NCBI RefSeq assembly: GCF_004010195.1
Contig: NC_057720.1
Location: forward strand, 20,015,163 to 20,035,162
Source of the DNA: Chiloscyllium plagiosum
Lineage: Eukaryota
Direction of reading: 5' to 3'
Length of the DNA: 20,000 nt
How positions within the stretch are numbered: the stretch's first letter is position 1; every line of letters starts with the position of its first letter. Below, piece after piece: positions 9,958-20,000 of this stretch. Below the pieces are notes generated by a model. The model ran no database searches and had not been told where the DNA came from. It was given only the letters and a program-made list of their open reading frames with translations. The position numbers and the translations under genes are program-made.

Positions 9958-10233
9958 TTCCTATTCATATACCCATCCAAATGCTTCTTAAATGTTGCAA
10001 TTGTACCAGCCTCCACCACTGCCTCTGGCAGCTCATTCCATACACATACCACCCTCTGTGTGAAAAAGTTGCCCCTTAGGTCTCTTTTATATCTTTCCCC
10101 TCTCACTCTAAACCAATGCCCTCTAGTTCTGGACTCCCCGACCCCAGGGAAAAAAACTTTGTCTATTTATCCTATCCATGCCCCTCATAATTTTGTAAAC
10201 CTCTATAAGGTCACCCCTCAGCCTCCGACGCTG

Positions 10234-10508
10234 AGAGAAGATTTGACAGCTGGCTTGTTTTGAAATTTGAATTTTGGTAAATCTTAATCGGACAGGTATT
10301 ATAGAAGGGAAAATTAATGATAGGATAGAGGAAGGAGTTGTAAATAGTTGTTAGTTAATTATTCTCTGTTCTACTTTAAGAAATAAAATTGTTACTTTTT
10401 ACCTTAACTAGTTTGTGGCCTCTCAAATTTCAGATTACCGCACAAGATAAATCTTTTCTATGTTGCTGGTTTAATATTAACAGATGGGGTTTACCCTGTG
10501 TCGTAACA
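10234..10508 (+). repeat. 5' LTR, truncated (3' ~275 bp only)
   Basis: Homologous to 16067-16352. Ends TCGTAACA and has AATAAA at 10382-10387. Confidence 0.9.
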
Positions 10509-10511
10509 GTT

Positions 10512-10534
10512 TTGGGGCTCGTCTGGGATTTGAA
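10512..10534 (+). promoter_or_regulatory. Primer-binding site complementary to the tRNA-Pro 3' end
   Basis: TTGGGGCTCGTCTGGGATTTGAA versus rc of tRNA-Pro TGGGGGCTCGTCCGGGATTTGAA (2 mismatches), 3 nt after the LTR end. Confidence 0.88.
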
Positions 10535-10748
10535 TGGTTTGCAGGATTTTGTCCGCGCTTTGAATAGTATGGGTCTTGGATTAGTGATTTGAGCAGGTTT
10601 AGACAGATTTAAATAGATATGGGATACAAAAAAGCCCAGTAGATTTACACACTTGCAGGTTAGTGTCCCAGATCTTTAAATAAAACATAGATAAGACAAT
10701 TTATTTAATTCTGGTGACTTGTGTTTGGCTAAATTAAAAATGAGAGAA

Positions 10749-12240
10749 ATGGCTCTTAAAATTGCTGAAGAGGTTCTGGGATTTGAAGATGATTCTCAAA
10801 TTTGCCAAGAAAGTTTAGAAGGAAAGAAAAAAACCATACCTTTAGAATTTGCAATAAGTTAGATTTGGGTTTAACCAAGGACAAAAGCAAAGCTTGATTT
10901 GGAGATTTCTGTGTTGGACTGGGATGTACAAAGTTAAAATTCATACAACGCCGTTATAGTCCAACAGGTTTTGGAACTACTAGCTTTTGGAGCCCTGCTC
11001 CTTCACCCACCTGATGAAAAAGTAAAGTTGAAATTGTAAGGGAGTTACTCAAACACTTAGGTGTGTCAAAGAAATAGACAAGTGCAGGAGAAGTAGAAAA
11101 ACTTAAATCACAATTGAGGAAACTGGAGTTAGAAGATAAACAAAGGGAGAGAGAGAGGGTGAGAAATAGGATAGAGAGAGACAAAGGAAAAAGAGAGAGA
11201 AAGTTCTTGACTGAGCAAAAAGAGAGAGAATTTGAACTTGAGAAGTTGCGACTTAGACAGCAAAGTCAAATTAACAAGATGGAAATTAAAAGAGAAGGTA
11301 GTGATATATACAGATATGTCAAACTTTTGCCATATTTTGATGAGAAAAATGTTGAAGCCTTCTTTATTTCATTTGACAAGTTGGCCAAGTATTTGGATTG
11401 GTCTGAGGATTTATGGGTAATTCTTGTTCAGACGAAACTGGTAGGCAGAGCTAGTGAGGTCTTTGCCGTACTGTCAGATGGGGGTTCAAGAGATCATGAA
11501 GAGGTTAAACAAGCCATTTTAAGTGCTTATGAATTGGTACCAGAAGCAAATAGACAGCGGTTCAGAACACAAAGAAGGAACCAGGTCTGACTTATGTTGA
11601 ACTCGAAAGAATTAACATTGTCATCTTGATAGATGGGTGCGTGCTTTGAAAACAGATAGGACTTTTGAGGCTCTACGAGAGATTATTCTGCTGGAGAAGT
11701 TTTAAAACTTACTTCCAGAGATGGTAAGAATTCACGTGGAGGAACAGAAAGTTCAGAAACTGAGAAGGGCAGCAGAATTATACAAATGAATACATGTTGG
11801 TGCATAAGACAAGTTTCCGGCCAAAATTTCATCCTGTGAGGGACAGAAGTTGGGAGAAGGGGAGACCCTACATAACGAAACCAAGAGTGGAGAGCACTGG
11901 TAAGAGTCTACCACAGGCAAAAGAAACCCAAGAGGGTGGACAGGAGATAAAAGGCCTCAGCTGTTTTCACTGTAATGAAATAGGACACAGAAGATTACAG
12001 TGCCCATGGCTTCAGAAGAGCACTGGGAAAAGGTGTTTTTACTGCCAGAAGGTGGGACACATAAAGTCACAGTGCTGGTTGTTAAAGAAAGGTGCAGTGG
12101 GAAAAGATGTGGTAAAAGAAGCTAAGCCAGTGGCATTAGTGAAGGTAATAAAGGAGACTCCAAGAAGAGCCAAGGAGCTGCAGGAGAATGCACAGCCTAG
12201 GCAGGGGCTGGGTATGGAGTCAGTACCTGATCTCTACAAA
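10749..12240 (+). pseudogene. gag: gag relic: coiled-coil, SCAN-like capsid region and two CCHC zinc knuckles
   Basis: ATG at 10749 (MALKIAEEVLG...), LPYFDEKNVEAFFISF, AYELVPEANRQRFR, LREIILLEKF*NLLPEMVRIHVEE, CFHCNEIGHRRLQC (from 11962) and CFYCQKVGHIKSQC (12034-12075). Confidence 0.85.
10895..11017 (-). mobile_element. Short Penelope-like terminal fragment (a different family) inserted in gag
   Basis: Imperfect 12-bp duplication AAAAGCAAAGCT (10883-10894) / AAAAGTAAAGTT (11018-11029). Removing it restores TKDKSKAEIVRELLKHLG. The minus strand has UGA-A-GGAGC-AGG-GCUCC-AAAA-GCUA (10981-11005), followed by an inverted CACCTGATGAA. Confidence 0.7.
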
Positions 12241-12259
12241 GAAAGAACAAGAAGAGAAG

Positions 12260-15200
12260 GACAAAAAGTTATAATTTTGAGAGCTACATGATCTAACCAG
12301 TCTCTGGATAGTTAGAGATGTGTGGATAAGCACTCTTCCTGATCTGTTATCCAAGAGTATGGTAATTTGATTTAGATGTACAGAAATTTAGCGTTCCCCT
12401 ATGTAAGATCAGGTTGGAATGTGAACTCAAGACTGGGAAAGTAACAGTGAGAGTGATTGACAGAGTGTAAGTTCCAGGAATTCAGTATGTTCTTGGGAAT
12501 GATTTGGCAGGGTCCAAGATGGGAGTGATACCGCTTGTTGTGGAGAAGCCCAAGGAAGACCAAGAAACTGAGGAGTTAAAACAGAAACATCCTGGTATTT
12601 GCCAAGAGTGTGTGGTAACCAGATCAAAATATCATAAGGCACAACACAAAGCAAAAGGTAAAGAGAAAGATGAAGGAGTTGAGGTTCAGTTAGCGGACAC
12701 CCTGTTTGATGTAATGATGCAGGAAAAACCTGAACAGGCAGAAGGTCAGACAGAGGTGTTTAGTTCTGAAAGGCTGAGACTTGCAACAGCAAAACAAGAC
12801 GATAAAAGATATATATGTGGATACATACCATGAGAGGAAGCAGAGGATATTCCAGAGGGTTATTCTCTGAAAGATAGAATCCCAAGACTGAAATGGAGAC
12901 CACGGCAGGTTAGTGCAGAGGAGAAATGGGCTGAAGTGCACCAGATTGTGTTGCTGGTAGCATACAGGCAGCAAGTATTATGGGTAGCACATGAACTACC
13001 TGTAAGAGGTCACCTTGGGGTACAAAAAACTCAGGCTAAGGTACAAAAATGTTTTTATTGACCTGGAATACACAAGGATGTAGTTAACTTTTGTCGTACA
13101 TGTCATACATGCCAAATGGTAGGTAAGCCACAGGCGATAATAAAACCAACACCTTTGTTGTCAATTCCCACATTCGAAGAACCTTTCATGCGGGTTGTGA
13201 TTGATTATGTAGGTCCCCTCCCAAGAACTAAAAGTGGGAACTATAATGGATGTGTCTACCAGATTTCTGGAGGTAATTCCATTACGGAGTATCAAGGCAA
13301 AAAGGGTATTATGGGAGTTAACAGCTTTCTTCACACAGTATGACTACCCAGAGATATTCAGTCAGACCAAGGATCAAATTTTACTGCTAAGCAGTTTAAG
13401 GAGGTTATGGATAGCTTAGGTATACAGTACATCAAATCCAGTGTGTATCATCCTGAATCCCAGGGAGCTTTAGAAAGGTGGCATCAGACTTTGAAGACCA
13501 TGTTGACAGCATACTGTCAGGATTACCCGAATGATTGGGTAATCATATTATTTGCCATTTAGAGATGCCCAAATTAATCTAGTCCGTTCGATCCCTTTGA
13601 GTTAATATTTGGGCATGAAGTGAGAAGTCCTTTGAAATTAATTAAAGAAACATTGATAGGACCGAAGTTGGAGATCTCACACTTAGATTATGTATCAGAA
13701 GTGAGGGTGAGACTAAATCGCGTAGGTGAGTTAGCTAAACAGCACTTAAAGAGGGTATAGTGTAGAATGAAGCATGTGGCAAATAAAAACTCTAAGACTT
13801 GGACGTTTTCCTGAGGGGATGACATGTTAGTACTGTTAGCAGTGGTAGGAGATCCCTTCAAAGCCAGGTTTAGCGGTCCCTATCAAATTGAGAAAAAGTT
13901 GGGTCAGGTGAACTATCTTGTAAAGATGCCAGAGAAAACAAAAGAGTATCAGGTATGTCATGTGAACACGTTGAAACCGTATTTTACTAGAGAGAAAGAA
14001 CTGAAGAATCAGGTGTTAGTTACTGCCCGGCTGAGTGAGGAATCAAATTCAGATGATGTGGATTCTGATGTGCCTCAAAATACTTTTAAAAATGAAGACG
14101 TTCTTGAGGAGTGGGATAGGTTAATAAGTTATCTATCTCAGGAGCATAAAATGCAGTTGAAAGATTTGTTTACTGCAGTATAAGGATATATATAAGAATC
14201 AGATGGGGAGGACTAATGCTATTGTACATGAAGTAGACATAGGGAATACTGCTCCGATAAACAACACCCCTATCGACTTAATCCTTTCAAAGCCAGACAG
14301 TTCCAAATAGAGGTGGAGGCCATGCTTGACAAGGACATCATCGAACCAAACCAGACTGAGTGGAGTTTGCCAATCGTCTTAGTTCCCAAACTGGACAAGA
14401 CTCAACAGTTCTGCATGGATTATCGAAAGGTCAATCTCTTACGAAATTGGACTCATATCCAATTCCTAGATCGGAGGACTGTATCGAGAAAATCGGACAA
14501 GCCAGTTACATCACCAAGTTAGACTTAATGCATGATTACTGGCAGGTACCTTTATCGGAGACTATTTGTCGAAAGAAATTTCTGCATTTGTAACCCCAAA
14601 TGGGCTATATCAGTTTAAAGCGATGCCCTTTGGAATGAAGAGCACGCCTGCCACATTCCAAAGACTCATGAACAGAGTTGTGGCTGGGTTAACAAACTGT
14701 GCAGCGTATTTGGACGATGTCGTGATCTTTAGTAAGTGCTAGAAAAATCACATGGTACAGTTGGCAGAGCTCCTTGAAAGACTACAAGAAGCAAAACTGG
14801 TGATAAACTTAAATAAAACTGAAACCGCTAAAGTACGGATGACATTCTAGGGACATAACATCAATCATGGAAGGTTGACCCCACAGAATGCAAAGACGAA
14901 GGCCATCAAGGCCTTTCCACGACTAATCTCGAAGAAAGAGGTACTGCAATTCTTAGGACTCAGCTGATTCTATCGGAAATTTGTTCCAAACTTCAGCAGT
15001 GTAGTGGCATTATTAACCGATTTGCTGAAGAAGAACACACAGTTTTGGTGACAGAACAATACCAGGAGGCACTTGACCATTTAAAATCAATATTAACCAC
15101 CAAACCAGTTTTAGCTACACCAAACTTGTCAAAACCTTTAAAGTTGTCATTGATGCTAGTGATATTGGAGTTGGAGCTAGACTTCTCCAGGAAGATGAAG

Positions 15201-15487
15201 ATGGGATTGAACTACCAGTTGGTTACTTTTCGAAGAAGATCAACAAGCCGAGGGAATACTCCACGATCGAAAAAGAACTGTTGAGTTTGGTACTGGCCTT
15301 ACAACATTTTAATGTGTATGTCACGAACAATGTGTTGGAGACGATTGTGTATGCGGATCACAATCCACTTACATTCTTAGAACGCTTTAAAAACAAGAAT
15401 ATGATACTTTTGTTGGAGTCTTATGTTACAGACTTTTAATTTAAAAATTGTAAGAATATAATCGCAAATGCGTTATCGTGGATTTAA
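12260..15487 (+). pseudogene. pol: pol relic: protease, integrase, reverse transcriptase, RNase H
   Basis: PR: ILRAT*S (decayed DTG, 12283-12291) and LGND (12492-12503). IN: HHCC (12990-13112), D 13203, D 13365, E 13473 (D35E spacing), GPY 13875-13883. RT: CMDYRKVN, MPFGMK, YLDD (14707-14718). RH: DASDIGVGA (15152), YSTIEKE, DHNPL, IANALS, stop at 15485-15487. Confidence 0.92.
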
Positions 15488-15657
15488 CTGATAAAGTTTG
15501 GATGAGATTTGTATTTATTTAATGTTTTATATATTATATAGGTATATGGGAAGAAGTTAAGGTGAACTTATATTAAAGTTTTGTATGTTAGGGTAATGCT
15601 TTTATGGAATAGAAATAAAGGAAGCCATCTTTTCATTACGATGGTTCATTTTTTCTT

Positions 15658-15667
15658 AAGGGGAATA
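15658..15667 (+). promoter_or_regulatory. Polypurine tract
   Basis: AAGGGGAATA preceded by a T-run, directly before the 3' LTR TG. Confidence 0.7.
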
Positions 15668-16352
15668 TGTTATGAAGATGTAGAAGTCTACTTTTATCTT
15701 TAAGAGAATTAAAAGCGACAGAACTACCTGACAGCACTAAGTGTTCTAAACAAGGTTAAGTCCAGCAGCTAGTGTAGCTGGTTGCCTGGAGACAAAAACA
15801 AATTCGAATTAGGCCAATCAGTTTAAATTATACCCAAGATATACTAAACTCCAACCATAGTATATTGACAACATTAAAAGCCAATAACATAATCCGGTGC
15901 TTTGGGGTTTAAGACTGGGAAATCTTGAACAGTTGAGGGAGAACTGCCAAGCCTCCAACATCTGCAGATGCCCAGAAAGTCAGCTCTCTTAAAGGTACCT
16001 TTATTGATTAGTGACCTGTGAAACAGAAATCCCTATGAAGAAGAAAATCTACAGAGGAAGATACCAAGAGAAGATTCAAAGCTGGCTGGTTTAAAGTTTG
16101 AAGTTTGGCCTTAATCGGGGGGTTTTTCAGCCTAGTATTATAGAAGGGAAAATAAACGATAGGATAGAGGAAGGATTTGTAAATAGTTGTTAGTTAATTA
16201 TTCTTTGTTCTACTTTAAGAAATATAATTCTTACTTTTTGCTTTAACTTGTTCATGGCCTCTTGAATTTTCACAGATTACTGCACGGGATAAATCCTTCC
16301 GGTGTTGCTGGCTTAAAATTAACAGAGGGGTGTTTACCTTGTGTCGTAAACA
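15668..16352 (+). repeat. 3' LTR (complete, ~685 bp)
   Basis: TGTTATGA...TCGTAAACA terminal inverted repeats and CCAAT boxes near 15814 and 15881. The 3' part matches the 5' LTR remnant. Confidence 0.88.
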
Positions 16353-16649
16353 AAGGGTCAGTTGGTGACAGGATACTTGCCTCTGTGAAATTATTTCAGT
16401 TTGAAGTAACCTCCAACTTAGCCCTGAAATTGCATCTTTACTTTCTTTCATCCTACACACTGAAATTATATTCATGAGATCCACCTAGTGCTCCACTGAT
16501 CTTATTCCCAATAAATTGCTGACTATCCAAAATCCCTTTAAGTAATCAGCCTTTGGCACCTGTCCGCCTCCAATATTATACAGCTGGGTAAGTTTCCTTT
16601 TCCCTGGGATCATTCTTATATAATTACAGGTATAGGGAGTGTGTCAAAT

Positions 16650-17668
16650 GCAATGCTTCTCTTCCTGTCCCTGCACAATCACTTGTGTTCCACAAGGATC
16701 AATCCGAGGCCCTCTCATTTCTCACCTCGCTCCCCCTCAGTGACATTGTCCAAACACACAGCAGAAATCATAGGCTTGCAGAAATCTCTCTTGTACTCTC
16801 CCCCTCTAATCCTGCACATTGCTGATTTCAGACTGCTTACCTGACGTACAGTATTTAAATATACATGCATGTCCTGATGTTAAACATTGGGAGTCTGAAG
16901 CCATTGTTTTTGGTCAGTGTAAAATCTCAACCCTGGTTACTGACTCCATCCAACTAGTGACAACAGTCTGAGGCTAAACCAGCCAGTTTTCAATCTTGAT
17001 CTCATTTGATTCTCATGGTAAGCTTCTGACCATAATTTTACACCATCACCAAGATGTTTACACTTCCATATCATTATCCAACTTTGTTCATATCTCAACA
17101 CATATGTTTCTGAAAACATATGTTTTAAAACACCTGGACTTGACCATTCTAGTGCACTCCTGGTTGGTTTCCCATATCCTACTCTTCATACATTTAACAT
17201 CATTCAAGACTCTCCTGTCCATGACTACAATTGCATCAACTACTTTAATCTATCACTTCTGTGCTAATTGACCTTACATTGGGTCATGGTTAAGCATGTT
17301 TGTTTTCAAAGCTTTCCAAAGCCTCACCCCTTCTTGGCTCCATTCTCCTCTAGTCGCAAAACAGCCTATGAGATAACAGTTCCTAATTCTGGCCTCATAG
17401 AATTCCCAATTGTAACTGCTCCATCATTGGTGACAATACCTTCAGTTGCTAAGGACTTAATTTCTGGAATTCTTTCTTGATTTCTCTTCATATCCTTTTC
17501 CACCTTTAAGACACTCTGTAAAACGTAGCATTTTGAATGGGTCTTTGGCCATCTGACTTAATGTCTGCATAAGTGGCTGAGTGTCATATGTTGTTTTAAA
17601 ATGTTTCTATGAAGTACCTTAAGACATTTTATTACTTTAGTGATGTTAAACAAATGTAAGTTGTTATC
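16650..17668 (+). mobile_element. Degraded L2-clade LINE (RT to 3' end)
   Basis: Remnants in the expected order: VPQGSI.GPL (~16686-16715), NIGxxEAIVFG (~16882-16914), LRLNQ (~16968), LDHSSALLVGFP (~17138-17173), LHW (~17273) and tail aaatgtaagttgtt (~17652-17665). Confidence 0.7.
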
Positions 17669-18451
17669 CTCTAGCCCCACTACACCTGAAGAGCATATGT
17701 AGCTTGGATTTCTTGAGCAGAAATTTCTCTCCTGAGCCCCAATGTGATGACAGACCCAAAAAACAGAGCACTTCTGCTTGGCGGTGGTTGAGTTTTTCTG
17801 TACAATTATGTTTTCTCAGCTCATTGCATATGCACCTAAGTTTAGAACACTAAATTATATGAGCAGGAAGGCCATCAGGATCTACTGTGGATCAAAATCC
17901 ATGCACCATCTTTAAAAATGCAATAACTTAAATTCCGGCAGAAACTGGGGAGTTTCCAAATGAAATTCCTACAGCTTTGCATACAATCTATTGAATTCCA
18001 TTGTCTACTCTTCCATGGTACCTATCTCAGTCTTTCTAAATTTGTCAAAATCTCACCATCTTTTTTGATAAATTTTAACCACAACTTAACAATCTGTCCA
18101 AACATTCATCTATGTTCAAATGATCAAGTTCCAATTCCAAAAAAACTTCGCTTCTTATCCTGCTTCTGTACGGTAATAGTACACGCGAAGGCCATACCTT
18201 GTTTTTTGCTTTGGTAAAGAAATATCCCAGGTCTGCATGATAATTTCATATTTCCGCTGGGCATAAGGCTCATTTTCGGAAATAAGAGTGTATTCATACC
18301 CTGCAACTTCCTGTTTTGACTCAATCATCCTTTGCTAACAATATTATGGACAAGAAGGGAACTAAACTTAAACACTGTCTGATCAGTGAGAATTTTGTTT
18401 CAGTTAGCTATTCACCATAAAACTTATACACCACTGACTACAGAATACTTT

Positions 18452-18550
18452 TCAAATCAACCATCAGAGATGTTATGATATACCTCTGGAGCAGACAAGA
18501 CTTGAATCATGGTCGAGAGGTGGGGACACTACCACTGCACCATTAGAGCC
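18452..18550 (-). mobile_element. tRNA-derived SINE 5' head fragment
   Basis: Minus strand ggctctaatggtgcagtggtagtgtcccc (A box)...gattcaagtc (B-box-like)...ctgctccagaggtatatcataacatctctg. Confidence 0.6.
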
Positions 18551-18834
18551 ACTTAACTCAACTCCTTAACTCCCTATATTTAGACAAGGGCTGCACATTT
18601 AATGAATCCTTAATTAATATATCTAGCACCCGTTCCTTTATTCCATTAGGCCTCAGGCTTCCTTCAGGCCATATTAGATCATAACGTACATGCCTCATAC
18701 ATATTGTTGATTTGTGAACAGGCATGTTTCCTGTTTTACCAAACAAGACTGTGCCCATGAATGTAATTTTACCGTGGCTGGGGTATTAATAATAATTCAT
18801 AACACACTGATGATTTCAAAACAGATTCCCAACG

Positions 18835-19767
18835 AGCACAGAAACAGACCTTTCAATCCTGTCCATTCTGAACATAATCCCACCTGCCTGCTCCTGGTCC
18901 ATATCCCTCTAAACCTTTCCTATTCATGTACTTATCCAAATGTCTTTCAAATGTTGTAACTGTACCCACATCCACCACTTCCTCAGGGAGTTCATTCCAC
19001 GTGCAAACCACTCTCTGTGTAAAATATTTGCCCCACATGTCTTTTTAAAATCTTTCTCCTCTCACCTTAAAAATATGCCTCCTAGTCTTGAAATCCCACA
19101 TCCTAGGGAAAAGACAATGACCATTAACTCTATCTATATTTCGCATTATTTTGTAAACTTCTATAAGGTCGCTTCTGAACCTCCTACGTCTATCTAGCCT
19201 TTCTTTATTACTCAACCTTCCATACCTAGCTACGTCCTGGTAAATCTCTTCTGAACCCTCTCCAGCTTAATAATATCCTTCCTAAAACTGGGTGACCAGT
19301 ACTGGACACTGTTTTCCAGAAGAGGCCTCACCAATGTCCTGTACAACCTGAACATAACTTCTAAACTCCTATATTCAAAGGAATGAGCAATGAAGGCAAG
19401 TGTGCTAAACGGATTTTTAACCACCCAGTCAATATGTGACACACACTTCAAAGAATTATGTTCCTGCATCCTAGATACCTCTCTTCTACAACACGACTCA
19501 AGGCCCTACCATTAATTGTATAAGCCCTGTCCTTGTTTGTTATACCAAAATGCAATACCTCACATTTATCCAGATTGAACTCTACCTGCTATTTTTCAGC
19601 CCATTGATCCATTTGATCAAGATCCCTTTGTAATCTTAGGAAACCTTCCTCACTGTCTACTATGCCACTAATTTTGGTGTCGTCCACAAAATTACTAACC
19701 ACGTCTTCTTTATGCTTACCCAAATTATTTATATAAACCGATAATAACCAGAACCGATCCCTAAGGA
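18835..19767 (-). mobile_element. CR1 LINE 3' portion
   Basis: Minus-strand peptides YFTQRVVCTWNELPEEVV...HLDKYMNRKGLEGYG, LYRTLVRPLLENSVQYWSPSFRKDIIKLERVQKRFTR, FVDDT (~19676-19690) and P*GSV (~19752-19766). Confidence 0.92.
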
Positions 19768-20000
19768 AAAAAGCAAATTACTGCGGATGCTGGAATCTGA
19801 AACCAAAAGAGAAAATGCTGGAAAATCTCAGCAGGTCTGGCAGCATCTATAAGGAGAGAAAAGTGCTGATATTTCGAGTCTAACTGACCCTTTGTCAAAG
19901 GTAAAAAAAGGGAGAAATAGGGAGGTATTTATAATAGGCTGAGAGAAGGTGAGTCATGGCTCCAGAAGCAAAGGTAGCAATAAAGAGGTGATAATGACAG
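19768..20000 (-). mobile_element. Penelope-like element 3' end (a further family), running off the window
   Basis: aaaagcaaattactgcggatgctggaatctgaaaccaaaagagaaaatgctggaaaatctcagcaggtctggcagcatc has the same terminal architecture as 1126-1245. Variant hammerhead-like motif on the minus strand at 19868-19900 (UUGACAAA-GGGUC-AGUUA-GACUC-GAAAUAUC). Confidence 0.75.

Larger units (their letters stand above)
9655..10232 (-). mobile_element. CR1 LINE 3' fragment, interrupted by the 9782-9957 insert
   Basis: Tail rc(tcatagtcatagag). Peptide RGERYKRDLRGNFFTQRVVCVWNELPEAVVEAGTIATFKKHLDGYMNRK is the CR1 ORF2 C-terminus and is paralogous to 18853-19038. Confidence 0.92.
10234..16352 (+). mobile_element. 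Decayed Ty3/Gypsy LTR retrotransposon of Gmr1-like organisation (gag-PR-IN-RT-RH)
   Basis: Two LTRs, a tRNA-Pro PBS, a PPT, and gag and pol relics with many stops and frameshifts. Integrase lies upstream of RT. Confidence 0.93.

Noticed and set aside
10234..16352. Endogenous retrovirus, suggested by the tRNA-Pro PBS
   Set aside because: No env, only ~170 bp between the pol stop and the PPT, and Gypsy-type RT motifs.
16350..16363. 14-nt match ACAAAGGGTCAGTT to rc of 19882-19895
   Set aside because: Similarity does not extend on either side and it overlaps the LTR end; probably chance.
17099..17131. Short tandem duplication acatatgtttctgaaa / acatatgttttaaaa
   Set aside because: Local slippage within the decayed L2.
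1..20000. CRISPR array or prokaryotic operon-like system
   Set aside because: The sequence is eukaryotic, with no regularly spaced repeats or gene-dense architecture.

Overview
Vertebrate genomic DNA, inferred from its repeat families (HE1/V-SINE, DeuSINE-like heads, CR1, L2, Penelope-like elements) to be a cartilaginous fish, probably a shark. The left end holds the 5' part of an ARHGAP29-like RhoGAP gene on the minus strand: a first coding exon at 538-882 (ATG at 793), a CpG island at about 2110-3840 and a probable non-coding exon 1 ending at a GTAAGT donor at 3183/3182. From about 5000 onward the window is mostly nested transposon debris: several CR1 fragments, an L2 remnant, tRNA-derived SINEs, several Penelope-like termini with hammerhead-ribozyme-like motifs, and a decayed ~6.1 kb Ty3/Gypsy LTR retrotransposon with the unusual Gmr1-type order gag-PR-IN-RT-RH. 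There is a 321-nt assembly gap. I see no clearly new protein-coding system. The best leads are a 176-bp hairpin/hammerhead mini-insert, breakpoints that cluster at the hammerhead core in four separate insertions, a large foldback in intron 1, and the Gmr1-type element.
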